This document shows, in pieces, positions 49,701 to 58,524 of a stretch of DNA of 64,000 nt. Positions within the stretch are counted from its first letter, which is position 1. Every line of letters begins with the position of its first letter. The notes beneath the pieces are model-generated. The model was not told the DNA's origin, did no database searches, and saw nothing but the letters and a program-made list of their open reading frames with translations. The stretch is from the NCBI GenBank assembly GCA_039679675.1, contig JBDKUN010000059.1, positions 127,608 through 191,607 of the forward strand, given 5' to 3'. The position numbers were made by a program, and so were the translations under genes. The stretch is from Armatimonadota bacterium (GTDB lineage Bacteria; Armatimonadota; UBA5829; DTLH01).

Positions 49701-51327
49701 GTAGATCCATCTTCGCCGGAGTTATCTCTCCTGATGCCCTTATGACCCCGCTTGCAACGGAACCCGCCATGCTCTTTATACTTACATGGCTGTCCCTGAT
49801 CGTCAGCTGTGCTACGGCATCCCTATATGCAACATTGTCCAGGGTTCCACGTGAAACTTGAACATTAGCACCAAGTACCGGACTTGATGATAGCCCGATC
49901 ACAGTAAAATGCCCCGTTGCGGTACCTCTCAGCCCGGATTTTCGCAATTGAGGTATCCGGCTGAGCTCCACACCGGCACCTGTACCGGAAAGCGCCAATC
50001 TTGCGGCTCCATTAATGATCGTAACAGAGCCGGACGCTGTTATTCTTCCATTCAGCGCCCGCGCGGACGCGCTTTGCACAAGTATTGATCTCTCTGCATA
50101 AGTGGCTCTAATGTTAATACCTGCCGCATGGTAGCCGTTGAATCCTACCGATGGGATTTTGCCTCTTACAGCTATGACGATATGTTTGCTGGGCCCGATA
50201 ATATCGAGAGAAAGCGGGCCATGGCCTGAAATCATGATTCTGTTCAGATTGGCTGGGGATTTAAAATCTTCGATAACCCTGGAATAATCGAAGCTGCCGG
50301 ATGTAATGCGTAAATCGAACCGGGGATTCGCAAACCCTGCCATTGTGCCGTTCATGCGCATCTGAGAACCCGTAATAGAGCCTGCAAGATTGAAATCCAG
50401 TGTCTGATTTACCAGCCTTATCCTGCCTTTGATGCTAGTAGCAGGTTTTCTCAGACCTGAAACAACCGCCTGAGCGTTCCTGATATCCGCTGATCCCGCA
50501 TAACTCCAGATTCTTCTGCCCTTTACCAACCGTCCGGTCACGCTCAACCGTGCATCGCCGCGCCCGCTTCGGACTCTAACCGCTCCCTGCTTTATGAAAT
50601 AGTCCATCCAGTAGGAAGCCGCCGCATTTTCGGCTGTTATATCCGTTGCTACCACGCCTGCAGTGTTGTCAATGGAGCCAGATATTCTGACTATATTAAA
50701 GAGCTTCATACCCGGCCCTTTAGCAGAGAGGTTATATTCATAAAAAGGAGCATTTGACGCATCGAACGTCCCATTGATATTGACAGCTTTTGTAACTGCC
50801 GGTTTCGGGCCCGGTGTACGCGCCAGCCAGTCTCTGAACACGAGTGTGCCGTCCGTAATATCGACTACACCAATGAATGGAGGGCGGCGAGGGCCAGGCT
50901 TTCTTTTAAAGAGATCGCTGATATTGAGGCGTCCGTTTCTGAAGCGCTCCAGCAGAATAGTTGGGGAAATGAGTTTGATAGAATCCACGCTTTGTATGGC
51001 CGGGACTCGTCTGAACACAATGTCTCTCAGGCGGAAGTTGACGATAACCTGCTTGGTTTCGAGCAGCGTGCCTTTTTTGAATGATTCACCATTAGCGATT
51101 CGCAGGCCGTGTATGGTAGCAGTGCCTTTTAATGGAGATACGTCCACTTTGCCAACTTCGACTGCGCGGTTTGTCTGCTGCTCTATCTGTTCGACGAGTA
51201 TTACATCTATATGCCGGATCGTATACCTGACCTGGTTTATTATGTAGAACACAGCGGCGGCGAGAAACACCGTGAGCGGGATCACGATAAGCAAAAAGAT
51301 TGTCAGGCGCCGCCGTCTTGAATTCAT
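46765..51327 (-). CDS. tamB: TamB/AsmA-family translocation and assembly module protein (DUF490 C-terminus)
   Basis: 1520 aa, N-terminal signal-anchor (RLTIFLLIVIPLTVFLAAAVFYI), and a long beta-rich periplasmic body. Located immediately upstream of bamA in the same orientation. Confidence 0.7.
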   Translation of the reverse strand: MNSRRRRLTIFLLIVIPLTVFLAAAVFYIINQVRYTIRHIDVILVEQIEQQTNRAVEVGKVDVSPLKGTATIHGLRIANGESFKKGTLLETKQVIVNFRLRDIVFRRVPAIQSVDSIKLISPTILLERFRNGRLNISDLFKRKPGPRRPPFIGVVDITDGTLVFRDWLARTPGPKPAVTKAVNINGTFDASNAPFYEYNLSAKGPGMKLFNIVRISGSIDNTAGVVATDITAENAAASYWMDYFIKQGAVRVRSGRGDARLSVTGRLVKGRRIWSYAGSADIRNAQAVVSGLRKPATSIKGRIRLVNQTLDFNLAGSITGSQMRMNGTMAGFANPRFDLRITSGSFDYSRVIEDFKSPANLNRIMISGHGPLSLDIIGPSKHIVIAVRGKIPSVGFNGYHAAGINIRATYAERSILVQSASARALNGRITASGSVTIINGAARLALSGTGAGVELSRIPQLRKSGLRGTATGHFTVIGLSSSPVLGANVQVSRGTLDNVAYRDAVAQLTIRDSHVSIKSMAGSVASGVIRASGEITPAKMDLRVSAVGVDLSILQKPFGLTGYKGIVDFNGSVKGPFSNPVVTGRAEVFNGRFQRFAFDYARGRLVATSSGITLEDAVIRVLPAEVALHGKIGGIGTPSPTINFNIDVSEAPAERILSLLQVKADITGSVTGSVVIRGTAPNITAAGTLRLSDGSFAGYPVTQARAGFSYSDKQLRLTGLLAQSDNAVFSADGVIDAKGNISFNFIANNIALVQLSQYTKPYALLSGTVDAKGRIAGTVGNPRVEATVVSNNPVINTVKFDRFASEVKWSGKSLVIADVNLQSASGVLSVERASLDTEKRTVQIDGGVLKNFSYPVIYTAVSESPYIGQPGGEGLRSLLAKLRRPDTGILSASFSASGPIDEPEAKFSLTAQDVDISEIKNARIDLSAVSRRGELILESFEATAEALSVSAQGTLIANGQTDLEIDAYNVDLDALTPAAGPTHISGTATVRATVKGPIDAPLVTASAEVVNPVISGISFDRLRASQITIGRNTIEISRALVTRDSQSAAFFGTLPWNWQTFTIPTDQPIAFHAALEEQTLEVLTLLSDAVTADTKNPGLISATLDLTGSISNPNLGGQMVIKDGNINVRNFQTEFTNIQANLVFDQDLVRVETLSGGSSGGGTFDAVPGGTISLHNLFKPASGSQRGAINLVLNLNNLKLVEQNLLGYQERVTSTFSTVNGLAVSGSVTEPLISGQVALSDASVILSRVPAVSPTGIARYVINPKFNIGFNIGDNVWFRNPSIIALLRGSGQVAGSLEKPLITAGIRIDSGTLRFPTTRMRITRGNINVNWTPGRQTAGVTVDLHAQTTITATSGLGTQQRYKITLDVSGPLDKLEPENISLKSDPAGLTRTQILAALGHFEDIFGTGETELRDQLRELFSVAVSPRLFDPLETTFIEALGLEDFSIEYGFEQPLAVFLSRELFDNFYLSYWRIVTGAQTITGATYSLTLSYRIRDWLEFSYVTDSRRLGVLEMSYNRRF

Positions 51328-51336
51328 TGCAGGTTA

Positions 51337-52053
51337 TTATCCTAACCCATCCTTGAGGTTCAGAAAATTTGTAAAATGAGCCACAATCCGTTCTTTCACT
51401 GTTTTCATATCCGGCGCGGGCTCAAGAAGCCGTTTGAGCGAGGTAATCTGCTCGGATTGAAGCCCACACGGATTGATAAAACCGAAGTGACTCAGGTTCG
51501 GATCGACGTTGAATGCGAAACCGTGATAGGTTACGCCTCCACGAATTGCGATTCCTATGGAACATACCTTCTTGCCGCATGTCCAAACCCCTGCAAGGCC
51601 ATTGTTGCATCCTTCCAGACCGAAATCGGCAAGTGTCGAGATGATTATACTTTCTATAAGACGCAGAAAGCTGTGTACATCGCTCTTTATAAGGCGAAGA
51701 TCGATTATAAGATAGCCGGTAAGCTGCCCTGGGCCGTGATATGTAACGTCTCCGCCTCGGTCTGTCTTTACTATTTCTATCCCATTTTTCTTGAGTATAC
51801 TCTCAGAAACCAGAAGATTTTCAGCATGGGTGCTGACTCCGAGGGTCATCACGGGATAATGCTCCAGGAGCACCAACGCGCCGCCGATTTTTTTGGCTTT
51901 GACATCCGCATGAAGCGACAACTGCAGATCAAGCGCATCTCTGTATCTCATCAGTCCTGCATCTATGACTTTAAACTGGGAATTTCCGGCATCTGACTGG
52001 CGGATATAAGATCTTTCCAAAAACTTGTTCAAGTGGGTTTTCTCCGAGCGCAA
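51337..52053 (-). CDS. lipB: Octanoyltransferase (lipoyl(octanoyl) transferase)
   Basis: KTDRGGDVTYHGPGQLTGYLIIDL is the LipB signature. Conserved catalytic Cys region present. Confidence 0.8.
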   Translation of the reverse strand: MRSEKTHLNKFLERSYIRQSDAGNSQFKVIDAGLMRYRDALDLQLSLHADVKAKKIGGALVLLEHYPVMTLGVSTHAENLLVSESILKKNGIEIVKTDRGGDVTYHGPGQLTGYLIIDLRLIKSDVHSFLRLIESIIISTLADFGLEGCNNGLAGVWTCGKKVCSIGIAIRGGVTYHGFAFNVDPNLSHFGFINPCGLQSEQITSLKRLLEPAPDMKTVKERIVAHFTNFLNLKDGLG

Positions 52054-52192
52054 TCATTATCGCATTAATAACGACCTACCTAGTATACCCAGCAGTATGA
52101 GGCTGGTCAACCAAACAGGCGATTTTGGGCAGTCTCTCGTTTGACACAATAAGGCATTTTGGCTAATATCATGTGGAGGAGCAATAAATAAA

Positions 52193-53446
52193 ATGACCAG
52201 GTTCAGTGCGCCGCGGGGAACGCAGGATGTCTTACCGTCTGCAACCCCGCGTTGGCAGTTTATTGAGAATAAATTCAGAGAAATATGCAGGCTTTTCGAC
52301 TTCAGGGAGATACGGACTCCGACATTCGAAGAGACTGAACTTTTCACACGCCACACGGGCAAGACTACGGACATCGTCACGAAGCAGATGTATACCTTCA
52401 CCGATCAGGGAGGTCGAAGCCTGACACTTAAACCGGAAGGTACGCCTCCCACAGTAAGGGCTTATCTCGAACACAACCTCGGTGCAGAGCTTCCCGTATC
52501 TAAACTTTATTATTTCAGCCGGATTTTCCGCTACGAGCGGCCTCAGTCCGGGCGTTATAGAGAGCACAACCAGATGGGACTTGAAATGATCGGCGCTTCC
52601 GACCCATCAGCGGATGTTGAAGTCATCTCTCTTGCTTGGAAGTTCTTCAAAGACCTCGGAATAACCGGCGTGGAGCTGCGGCTGAACTCTATCGGCGGCC
52701 CTGAAGACCGCCCGACTTACAGAGAGGCGCTCCGCAAGTTCGCAGCCCCTTTCGTTCATGAGCTTTGCCCGACATGCCAGGTGAGATATGAGCAAAACCC
52801 GCTAAGAATGCTTGACTGCAAGGATGAACATTGTAAGGAACTCCTCGCCGATGCTCCTGCGATTGTAGATATTATCTGCGATGACTGCAAGGCACACTTC
52901 GAGACGGTAAAGAGCTATCTGAAGGCGCTGGATATCCCGTACGTACTCGACCCGCACCTTGTTCGAGGATTGGATTACTACACGAGGACGATTTTCGAGT
53001 TTCAGACTCCTCACCTCGGCGCGCAGAACACTATCTGCGGCGGCGGGCGGTACGATATGATGATAGAGGAAATGGGCGGCTCCCCCACTCCATCGCTCGG
53101 CTTCGGGCTAGGAATGGAAAGGCTCCTCCTTACCCTCGAAAAGCTCGGAATCGAGCTTGAGGTAGATACAAGACCGGGTATTTTCCTCGCTGTTATGGGA
53201 AGCGAAGCGCGTGAAGCGGCAATCAGGCTTATTTACGACCTGAGAGATAATGGTATATCGGCTGAAACCGATTTCACCGGAAGGAGCCTCAAGTCGCAGA
53301 TGAAACTTGCTGACAAACTTGGCGCGAAGTTCGTATTGATAATCGGTGAAGATGAGATCAAAAAGGGCGTAGTATCCTTGAGAGACATGCTCGCTAAAGA
53401 GCAGCGGGAAGTCCCTATCGATAAAGTTGTGGAGGCAGTATGCTAA
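52193..53446 (+). CDS. hisS: Histidyl-tRNA synthetase
   Basis: GTQDVLP...RYERPQ.GRYREH class-II aaRS motifs plus the C-terminal anticodon-binding domain. A GAGGAG RBS precedes the ATG. Confidence 0.9.
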   Translation: MTRFSAPRGTQDVLPSATPRWQFIENKFREICRLFDFREIRTPTFEETELFTRHTGKTTDIVTKQMYTFTDQGGRSLTLKPEGTPPTVRAYLEHNLGAELPVSKLYYFSRIFRYERPQSGRYREHNQMGLEMIGASDPSADVEVISLAWKFFKDLGITGVELRLNSIGGPEDRPTYREALRKFAAPFVHELCPTCQVRYEQNPLRMLDCKDEHCKELLADAPAIVDIICDDCKAHFETVKSYLKALDIPYVLDPHLVRGLDYYTRTIFEFQTPHLGAQNTICGGGRYDMMIEEMGGSPTPSLGFGLGMERLLLTLEKLGIELEVDTRPGIFLAVMGSEAREAAIRLIYDLRDNGISAETDFTGRSLKSQMKLADKLGAKFVLIIGEDEIKKGVVSLRDMLAKEQREVPIDKVVEAVC

Positions 53447-55215
53447 AAAGAACGGTGTGGTGCGGTGAAGTTACAGCCGATCAGACAGGCCAGGAAGTGC
53501 GGCTTAACGGCTGGGTACAGCGAATTCGTGACCATGGAGGACTGATATTCATCGACCTCCGCGACAGGACAGGAATCATCCAGACGGTCATCGACCCCGT
53601 AAAGACTCCTGATGCATTTAAAGTCGCAGAAGGCGTGCGCGGCGAATATGTTCTGGAAATCACCGGTAAAGTAAGGCCCAGGCCGGAAGGGACTGAGAAC
53701 CCGCACTTGAAGACAGGCGAAGTCGAGGTGGAAGTAACCGCTATCGAGGTGCTAAACGTCGCCAAGACGCCGCCGTTCCCTATTTCCGACCAGATCGACG
53801 TGGACGAGATGATCAGACTGAAGTACCGTTATCTCGACCTGCGCCGTTCCAGTATGCAGCACAAGATATTCCTCCGCCACAAGATCGTAAAGCTCATCAG
53901 GGACTTCATGGACGAGCACGAGTTTATCGAAGTCGAGACACCTGTTCTCATCAAGAGCACACCTGAGGGTGCACGTGACTATCTCGTACCTGCAAGGCTC
54001 TATCCGGGTTCGTTCTACGCGCTTCCGCAGTCTCCACAGCAGCTCAAACAGCTTCTGATGGTTGCAGGGTTCGAGCGCTACTTCCAGATAGCCAGATGTT
54101 TCAGGGATGAGGACCCAAGGGCAGACCGCCAGCCTGAGTTCACACAGCTCGACCTTGAGATGAGTTTCATCAAGCAGGAAGATGTTTTCGAGCTTATGGA
54201 CGATCTTTATTCTCAGATGGTCGAAAAGCTCTCTGATAAGAAGCTCAAGTTCCCTATTCCGTTCCCTAGATATTCTTATAACGAAGTAATGGAGCGCTAC
54301 GGCTCGGATAAACCAGACCTCAGGTTCGGGATGGAGCTTTATAACCTTACGGATATTGCTGCTACAACCGATTTTCAAGTATTCAAGAGCACTGCAGAGT
54401 CCGGCGGACAGGTCAAAGGCATTACTCTCCCCGGCTGCGCCGGCTACAGCCGAAAAGAGATAGATGAGCTTACCCAGTTTGCAAAGACATTCGGCGCAAA
54501 GGGTCTTGTTACGATTGCGGTCCTTGAAGACGGCGTCAAATCATCTATTGCCAAGTTCCTGACGGATGAGCAGATGGATGCTATCATCGAGCGGGCACAG
54601 GCAAAGACCGGCGATCTCTTGGCAATCGTTGCCGACAAGCCTGATGTTGTCGCTGCTGCACTCGGACGGTTGAGGGCTGAGATGGGCAAGCGGCTCGGAC
54701 TTGCCAGCAAGGACGAAATGGCGTTCTGCTGGGTAGTAGACTTCCCGCTGGTCGAGTGGGACGAGGATGGGAAACGCTGGGATGCTATGCACCATCCGTT
54801 CACATCGCCGCATGAGGACGATATGCAGTATCTCGACACCGACCCGGCGAGAGTCCGGGCGTGGTGTTATGATTTGGTCTGCAACGGTTTCGAGCTCGGT
54901 TCAGGCAGCATAAGAATACACAGACGGGATGTTCAGACGAAGGTCTTCGAGCTTATGAACTACAGCGAAGAGGCTGCACAGGAGAGATTTGGGCATATGC
55001 TGGAAGCTTTCGAATACGGCGCGCCGCCGCACGGGGGGTTCGCGTCGGGAATCGACCGGACAGTGACGCTATTCACGGACGACGATAGCATCCGGGAGGT
55101 AATCGCCTTCCCGAAGACATCTACTGGAATCGATCCAATGACCGCTGCCCCAGCGCCTGTTGACGATGCACAGCTTGAAGAACTGCATATACAGGTTGTT
55201 GAAGAAGAGGAATAG
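53440..55215 (+). CDS. aspS: Aspartyl-tRNA synthetase
   Basis: N-terminal OB-fold (GWVQRIRDHGGLIFIDLRDRTG), FRDEDPRADRQPEFTQLD (motif 2), GAPPHGGFASGIDR (motif 3). Overlaps the hisS stop by 7 nt. Confidence 0.9.
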   Translation: MLKRTVWCGEVTADQTGQEVRLNGWVQRIRDHGGLIFIDLRDRTGIIQTVIDPVKTPDAFKVAEGVRGEYVLEITGKVRPRPEGTENPHLKTGEVEVEVTAIEVLNVAKTPPFPISDQIDVDEMIRLKYRYLDLRRSSMQHKIFLRHKIVKLIRDFMDEHEFIEVETPVLIKSTPEGARDYLVPARLYPGSFYALPQSPQQLKQLLMVAGFERYFQIARCFRDEDPRADRQPEFTQLDLEMSFIKQEDVFELMDDLYSQMVEKLSDKKLKFPIPFPRYSYNEVMERYGSDKPDLRFGMELYNLTDIAATTDFQVFKSTAESGGQVKGITLPGCAGYSRKEIDELTQFAKTFGAKGLVTIAVLEDGVKSSIAKFLTDEQMDAIIERAQAKTGDLLAIVADKPDVVAAALGRLRAEMGKRLGLASKDEMAFCWVVDFPLVEWDEDGKRWDAMHHPFTSPHEDDMQYLDTDPARVRAWCYDLVCNGFELGSGSIRIHRRDVQTKVFELMNYSEEAAQERFGHMLEAFEYGAPPHGGFASGIDRTVTLFTDDDSIREVIAFPKTSTGIDPMTAAPAPVDDAQLEELHIQVVEEEE

Positions 55216-55236
55216 TTAGCAAATCTAAAAAAATAG

Positions 55237-55270
55237 AGAAGGCCGGGGCAAATCCTGGCCTTCTTTTTTA
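55237..55270 (+). terminator. Rho-independent terminator after aspS (also serves the convergent AI-2E transporter gene)
   Basis: agaaGGCCGGGGcaaatCCTGGCCttcttttttat: a GC-rich stem followed by a T-run. Confidence 0.7.
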
Positions 55271-55276
55271 TGGGAT

Positions 55277-56440
55277 TTACTTCTGTTTTTTCACCCGATC
55301 CTTTATTCTGGCAAAGAGTGACGGCTTTTTCGGCTTTTCTTCCTCCTTCGGGCCTCTCAGTGGCGGATAGAACTCCAAAACAAGTATCTGGATGCTCGCC
55401 GCGACCGGAACGGAGATTATCATGCCGACAAACCCGAACATTCTCGCACCGATCAGAAGAGAAATTATCGAAAGTGCAGGATGAAGTCCTACAGCTTTGC
55501 CGACGATCTTGGGAGTAACGGCGTTATCGAAAGCCTGGTTCATAACAAGAATGGCAAGAGCAGCCCATATGCCCATCATAGGGTTCCCGCTTGCTACCAT
55601 CGCAACGGTACCGGCCAAAATCACAGTGCTTATCGTGCCTATGTATGGAACGAGCGACAAAACACCCGCTGCAGCTCCTAAAATCACAGCATACGGCACA
55701 CCCAAAATCCGAATAACAACGCCACAGGCTATGCCGTACAGGACTGCTACAGTTAAAAGCCCCCGGATGTAAGCTCCAAACACACGGCCCACAGAGTTTG
55801 CAAGTGAAGCTGTCCGTTCCCTATGCCGCTCCGGCGCAAGAAGCAGCGCCTTTGCCTTGATCTTGTCGATGTCTATCAGAAGGAAAATCGTGACGATAGG
55901 GATAATCACCAGCCATACGATGCTGGATAACAGTCCTCCGAGCCACGTCCCGACTCGCGAAAATGATGCAGCAGCAATATTTTCGATCTGGCTTCCATAA
56001 CGGGTTGAAATATCTTCCATAGAGGTCGGCAGATGGACGCGCTCAAGCAGGCTGCGATGATTTGACATGAACCCATTAATATAAGTTCCGGCCTCGCGTG
56101 TATATGTCGGCGCATTTTTCGCCAGTTCTTTCGCCTGATCGATCAGTGCAGGTATCAGAAAAACTGCTGATATAACGATTACGGCTACGAAAGCAAGCGC
56201 TACAATCCCTACGGCTGCGCCGCGGGATATACCTCGCCGCTGTATCCGGTCGATAGTGGAATCAAGAAGAAGTGCCAGCGCAAATGCGAAAGAAAGAGGC
56301 AGCAGTACATCGAGGACAGGCTTGATGACCGGCAGATATAGTATTTGAATGATGTGAAGCGCTGCTGCGACTGCCAGAAGCACGGCAGCCCATGAAGTAA
56401 TACGAAGCCAACTGCGTGTAGTCATAGTGTGAGATACCAA
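55277..56440 (-). CDS. AI-2E family transporter (PerM/YhhT-like, UPF0118)
   Basis: Eight hydrophobic helices across 387 aa and a conserved glycine-rich region typical of the family. Confidence 0.65.
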   Translation of the reverse strand: MVSHTMTTRSWLRITSWAAVLLAVAAALHIIQILYLPVIKPVLDVLLPLSFAFALALLLDSTIDRIQRRGISRGAAVGIVALAFVAVIVISAVFLIPALIDQAKELAKNAPTYTREAGTYINGFMSNHRSLLERVHLPTSMEDISTRYGSQIENIAAASFSRVGTWLGGLLSSIVWLVIIPIVTIFLLIDIDKIKAKALLLAPERHRERTASLANSVGRVFGAYIRGLLTVAVLYGIACGVVIRILGVPYAVILGAAAGVLSLVPYIGTISTVILAGTVAMVASGNPMMGIWAALAILVMNQAFDNAVTPKIVGKAVGLHPALSIISLLIGARMFGFVGMIISVPVAASIQILVLEFYPPLRGPKEEEKPKKPSLFARIKDRVKKQK

Positions 56441-56492
56441 TTAATGGCGGAGGGCATTTATGTACCCTCCGCCCTATTGTGAATGCGGTCTT

Positions 56493-57281
56493 TTATTCGC
56501 TTAACAGGTCTTTCAACCGTTTCAGTGCTTTTTGCTGAAGTCTGGAAACATGCATCTGAGAGATGTTCAGCCTCCGCGCGACCTCAGTCTGAGACATATC
56601 CTTAAAGAAGCGATAGTAAATAATCGCCTTTTCTCTTGGTTCAAGGCATTCCATCGCCTGTTTCAAGTCACCGTAAGTATCTATATTCTGCAGCGACCCA
56701 TCCATCCCGCCGACGAACTCTGCGAGAGTGAGCGGTGCGGATTCTCCCTCATGAGACAGCTTGCTGTCCAGAGAAACTGTGTCATAGGCGTTTCCCAGCT
56801 CTATTGCTTCGAGCGTCTCTTCTTCCGTCGCTCCTACTTCTTTGGCAATGTCCTGGATGGTGGGTGGGCGGCCGAGTGATTGACTCAGCCTCTCCGCGGC
56901 CTTATTTGCAGCAAGGTTCAACTCCTGCAGGCGGCGGGGCACTTTCAAACTCCATGCTTTGTCGCGGAAATGGCGTCTGATTTCACCTACAATTGTTGGG
57001 GTCGCATAAGTCGAGAACTTGGTTCCCCGTTCAGGATCGAACCTGTCAATCGCGTTTATAAGCCCGATGACACCGACCTGAACGAGGTCTTCAAGCGCCT
57101 CGCCCCTGTTCGCAAACTTGCCCGCCAAAAAGCGCACCAGGTTCTGGTGCATTATGACAAGCTGATCGCGAATTTCAGGGTCTCGCGTCCTGGTATAACG
57201 ACGAAACAATTGCTCAGTTTCTTCGTCTGTCCATTCCGCAACGCTACCCTTTCTTCGCGTTGCCATAGCATTAACCCGCAT
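56493..57281 (-). CDS. sigB: Alternative sigma factor, SigB/SigF-like (sigma-70 family group 3)
   Basis: DLVQVGVIGLINAIDRFDPERGTKFSTYATPTIVGEIRRHFRD (region 2) and a region-4 HTH (MSQTEVARRLNISQMHVSRLQQKAL). Encoded directly after the anti-sigma and antagonist genes. Confidence 0.75.
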   Translation of the reverse strand: MRVNAMATRRKGSVAEWTDEETEQLFRRYTRTRDPEIRDQLVIMHQNLVRFLAGKFANRGEALEDLVQVGVIGLINAIDRFDPERGTKFSTYATPTIVGEIRRHFRDKAWSLKVPRRLQELNLAANKAAERLSQSLGRPPTIQDIAKEVGATEEETLEAIELGNAYDTVSLDSKLSHEGESAPLTLAEFVGGMDGSLQNIDTYGDLKQAMECLEPREKAIIYYRFFKDMSQTEVARRLNISQMHVSRLQQKALKRLKDLLSE

Positions 57282-57822
57282 ACTTTACCATCTTGACATG
57301 TGTTCCGCCGTTAAGCGGTGTCACAGTAACCTCGTCAACGAGCAGCGTTATAAGAAGCGCGCCAAGACTTTCAGGTTCGTTTTCGTTATCCTGATCATCA
57401 GACACTTCCCGCCGCTCACCTGAACTGTCGATGATATCCACTGTCAGCTTCGTATCAGCGATACTGCTTCTGACAACGATATCAGTATCTGCCCGATTAT
57501 TCTTTGTGGCCCACTCAACCGATGTCGTGCAGGCCTCACCGACAGCAAGCCTGACATCTTCCACCTGGTCGTATGAGAATTTCATTCTGCTTGCAACGCC
57601 AAGTAATGCCAGTCTTGCGACGCCGACATATTCAGGTCTGCAAGGTATCCTTAGCTCGACAACAGCGGGCTCACTTTGAGCTTCCACCGAACCACGCTCC
57701 CTTCTCTCGTACTGCAAACCGCCGGGACGCAATGCCCCCGCCGGATATGCCGATCCTCTGTATTGATCACGGAACCAATTGGATAGCAATTTTTGCTTCA
57801 TCTGCGCTATTGTAGATATCAA
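57271..57822 (-). CDS. rsbW: Anti-sigma factor serine kinase (RsbW/SpoIIAB family, HATPase_c)
   Basis: VELRIPCRPEYVGVARLALLGVASRM aligns with the RsbW N-terminus, and the C-terminal GG.H.....Y G-box is present. The true start is probably internal (GTG near 57687). Confidence 0.7.
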   Translation of the reverse strand: MISTIAQMKQKLLSNWFRDQYRGSAYPAGALRPGGLQYERRERGSVEAQSEPAVVELRIPCRPEYVGVARLALLGVASRMKFSYDQVEDVRLAVGEACTTSVEWATKNNRADTDIVVRSSIADTKLTVDIIDSSGERREVSDDQDNENEPESLGALLITLLVDEVTVTPLNGGTHVKMVKYAG

Positions 57823-58120
57823 AAATCTTGTCCAGTCCGGTTATCTCAAAAACCCGGCGGATTCTTGGGTTCGGACATATCAGCGACAAGTTGCCGTCAC
57901 GTTCCCTCATCCGTTTGAGGCCCCCGATCAGCACGCCGAGCGCAGTGCTGTCGAAATACTCGACTTCAGTAAGATCAATGAGAATCTGATTTGCGCCTGC
58001 TTCAAGCATTCCGATCATCTGCTGCTTGAGCTGCGGCGCGGTATAAACATCGACTTCACCGGTCAGTTTTATAACCGGCACACCACTTTCCATATTGTAT
58101 GTGTCTATACTGAAATTCAC
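57767..58120 (-). CDS. rsbV: Anti-sigma factor antagonist (STAS domain; RsbV/SpoIIAA family)
   Basis: VIKLTGEVDVYTAPQLKQQM...ILIDLTEVEYFDSTALGVLIGG with the conserved phosphorylatable Ser in the DST motif. The true start is likely GTG near 58120 or ATG 58093, not 58156. Confidence 0.7.
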   Translation of the reverse strand: MNFSIDTYNMESGVPVIKLTGEVDVYTAPQLKQQMIGMLEAGANQILIDLTEVEYFDSTALGVLIGGLKRMRERDGNLSLICPNPRIRRVFEITGLDKIFDIYNSADEAKIAIQLVP

Positions 58121-58251
58121 TTTGATATCACTCCATTCTGCCCAAAAATGGACCACAGCACGGTAGTGAATCCTACTCTAATCATTCCCCTGAAAGCCTA
58201 CGTATATCCCAAATGCAAACGTTCCATTTGGCGGAGTTTTCAGACTTTATT

Positions 58252-58518
58252 TTAAGCCTCTCCTGACTCTTCTTCGGCTCGTCTTTTATTTATAGTCTCC
58301 TGAACCTTGGCCTTTGCGGATTCGACCATCTCTGCGCTCTTTCTGCGAAAGTCTTCAGTCGATTTCGATAGTTCATGCATTGCGCTTTTGATGTCTTCGC
58401 GAGTCTCGGTACCTGATTTTGGAGCAAACAGCAGCGCTACTCCCGCGCCGATTATTGCACCTATGCCAATTCCTGCCAGAAAGTTCAGAGCAACGCCCTT
58501 TTCCTCATTATTACTCAT
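58252..58518 (-). CDS. YtxH-like general stress protein (DUF883/YtxH family)
   Basis: GVALNFLAGIGIGAIIGAGVALLFAPKSGTETREDI is the YtxH N-terminal helix motif, followed by a Lys/Glu-rich coiled tail. Confidence 0.5.
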   Translation of the reverse strand: MSNNEEKGVALNFLAGIGIGAIIGAGVALLFAPKSGTETREDIKSAMHELSKSTEDFRRKSAEMVESAKAKVQETINKRRAEEESGEA

Positions 58519-58524
58519 TTATCC

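Noticed and set aside
47018-50800. Multiple plus-strand ORFs within 46765..51327 (47018..47290, 47339..47704, 47948..48427, 49223..49531 and 50774..51247)
   Set aside because: All lie antisense inside the 1520-aa tamB frame. None has an RBS or recognisable motifs.
52057-52401. 114-aa minus-strand ORF in the lipB/hisS divergent region
   Set aside because: Overlaps the hisS 5' end and RBS. Hydrophobic low-complexity translation. More likely the divergent promoter region than a gene.
58157-58251. Possible sigma54 (TGGAAC-N-TTGCA) or sigmaB-type (GTTTGC...GGGATA) promoter upstream of rsbV
   Set aside because: Spacing between the elements does not fit either consensus (GG-to-GC offset 9 instead of 11; GTTT-to-GGGATA spacer only 4 nt).
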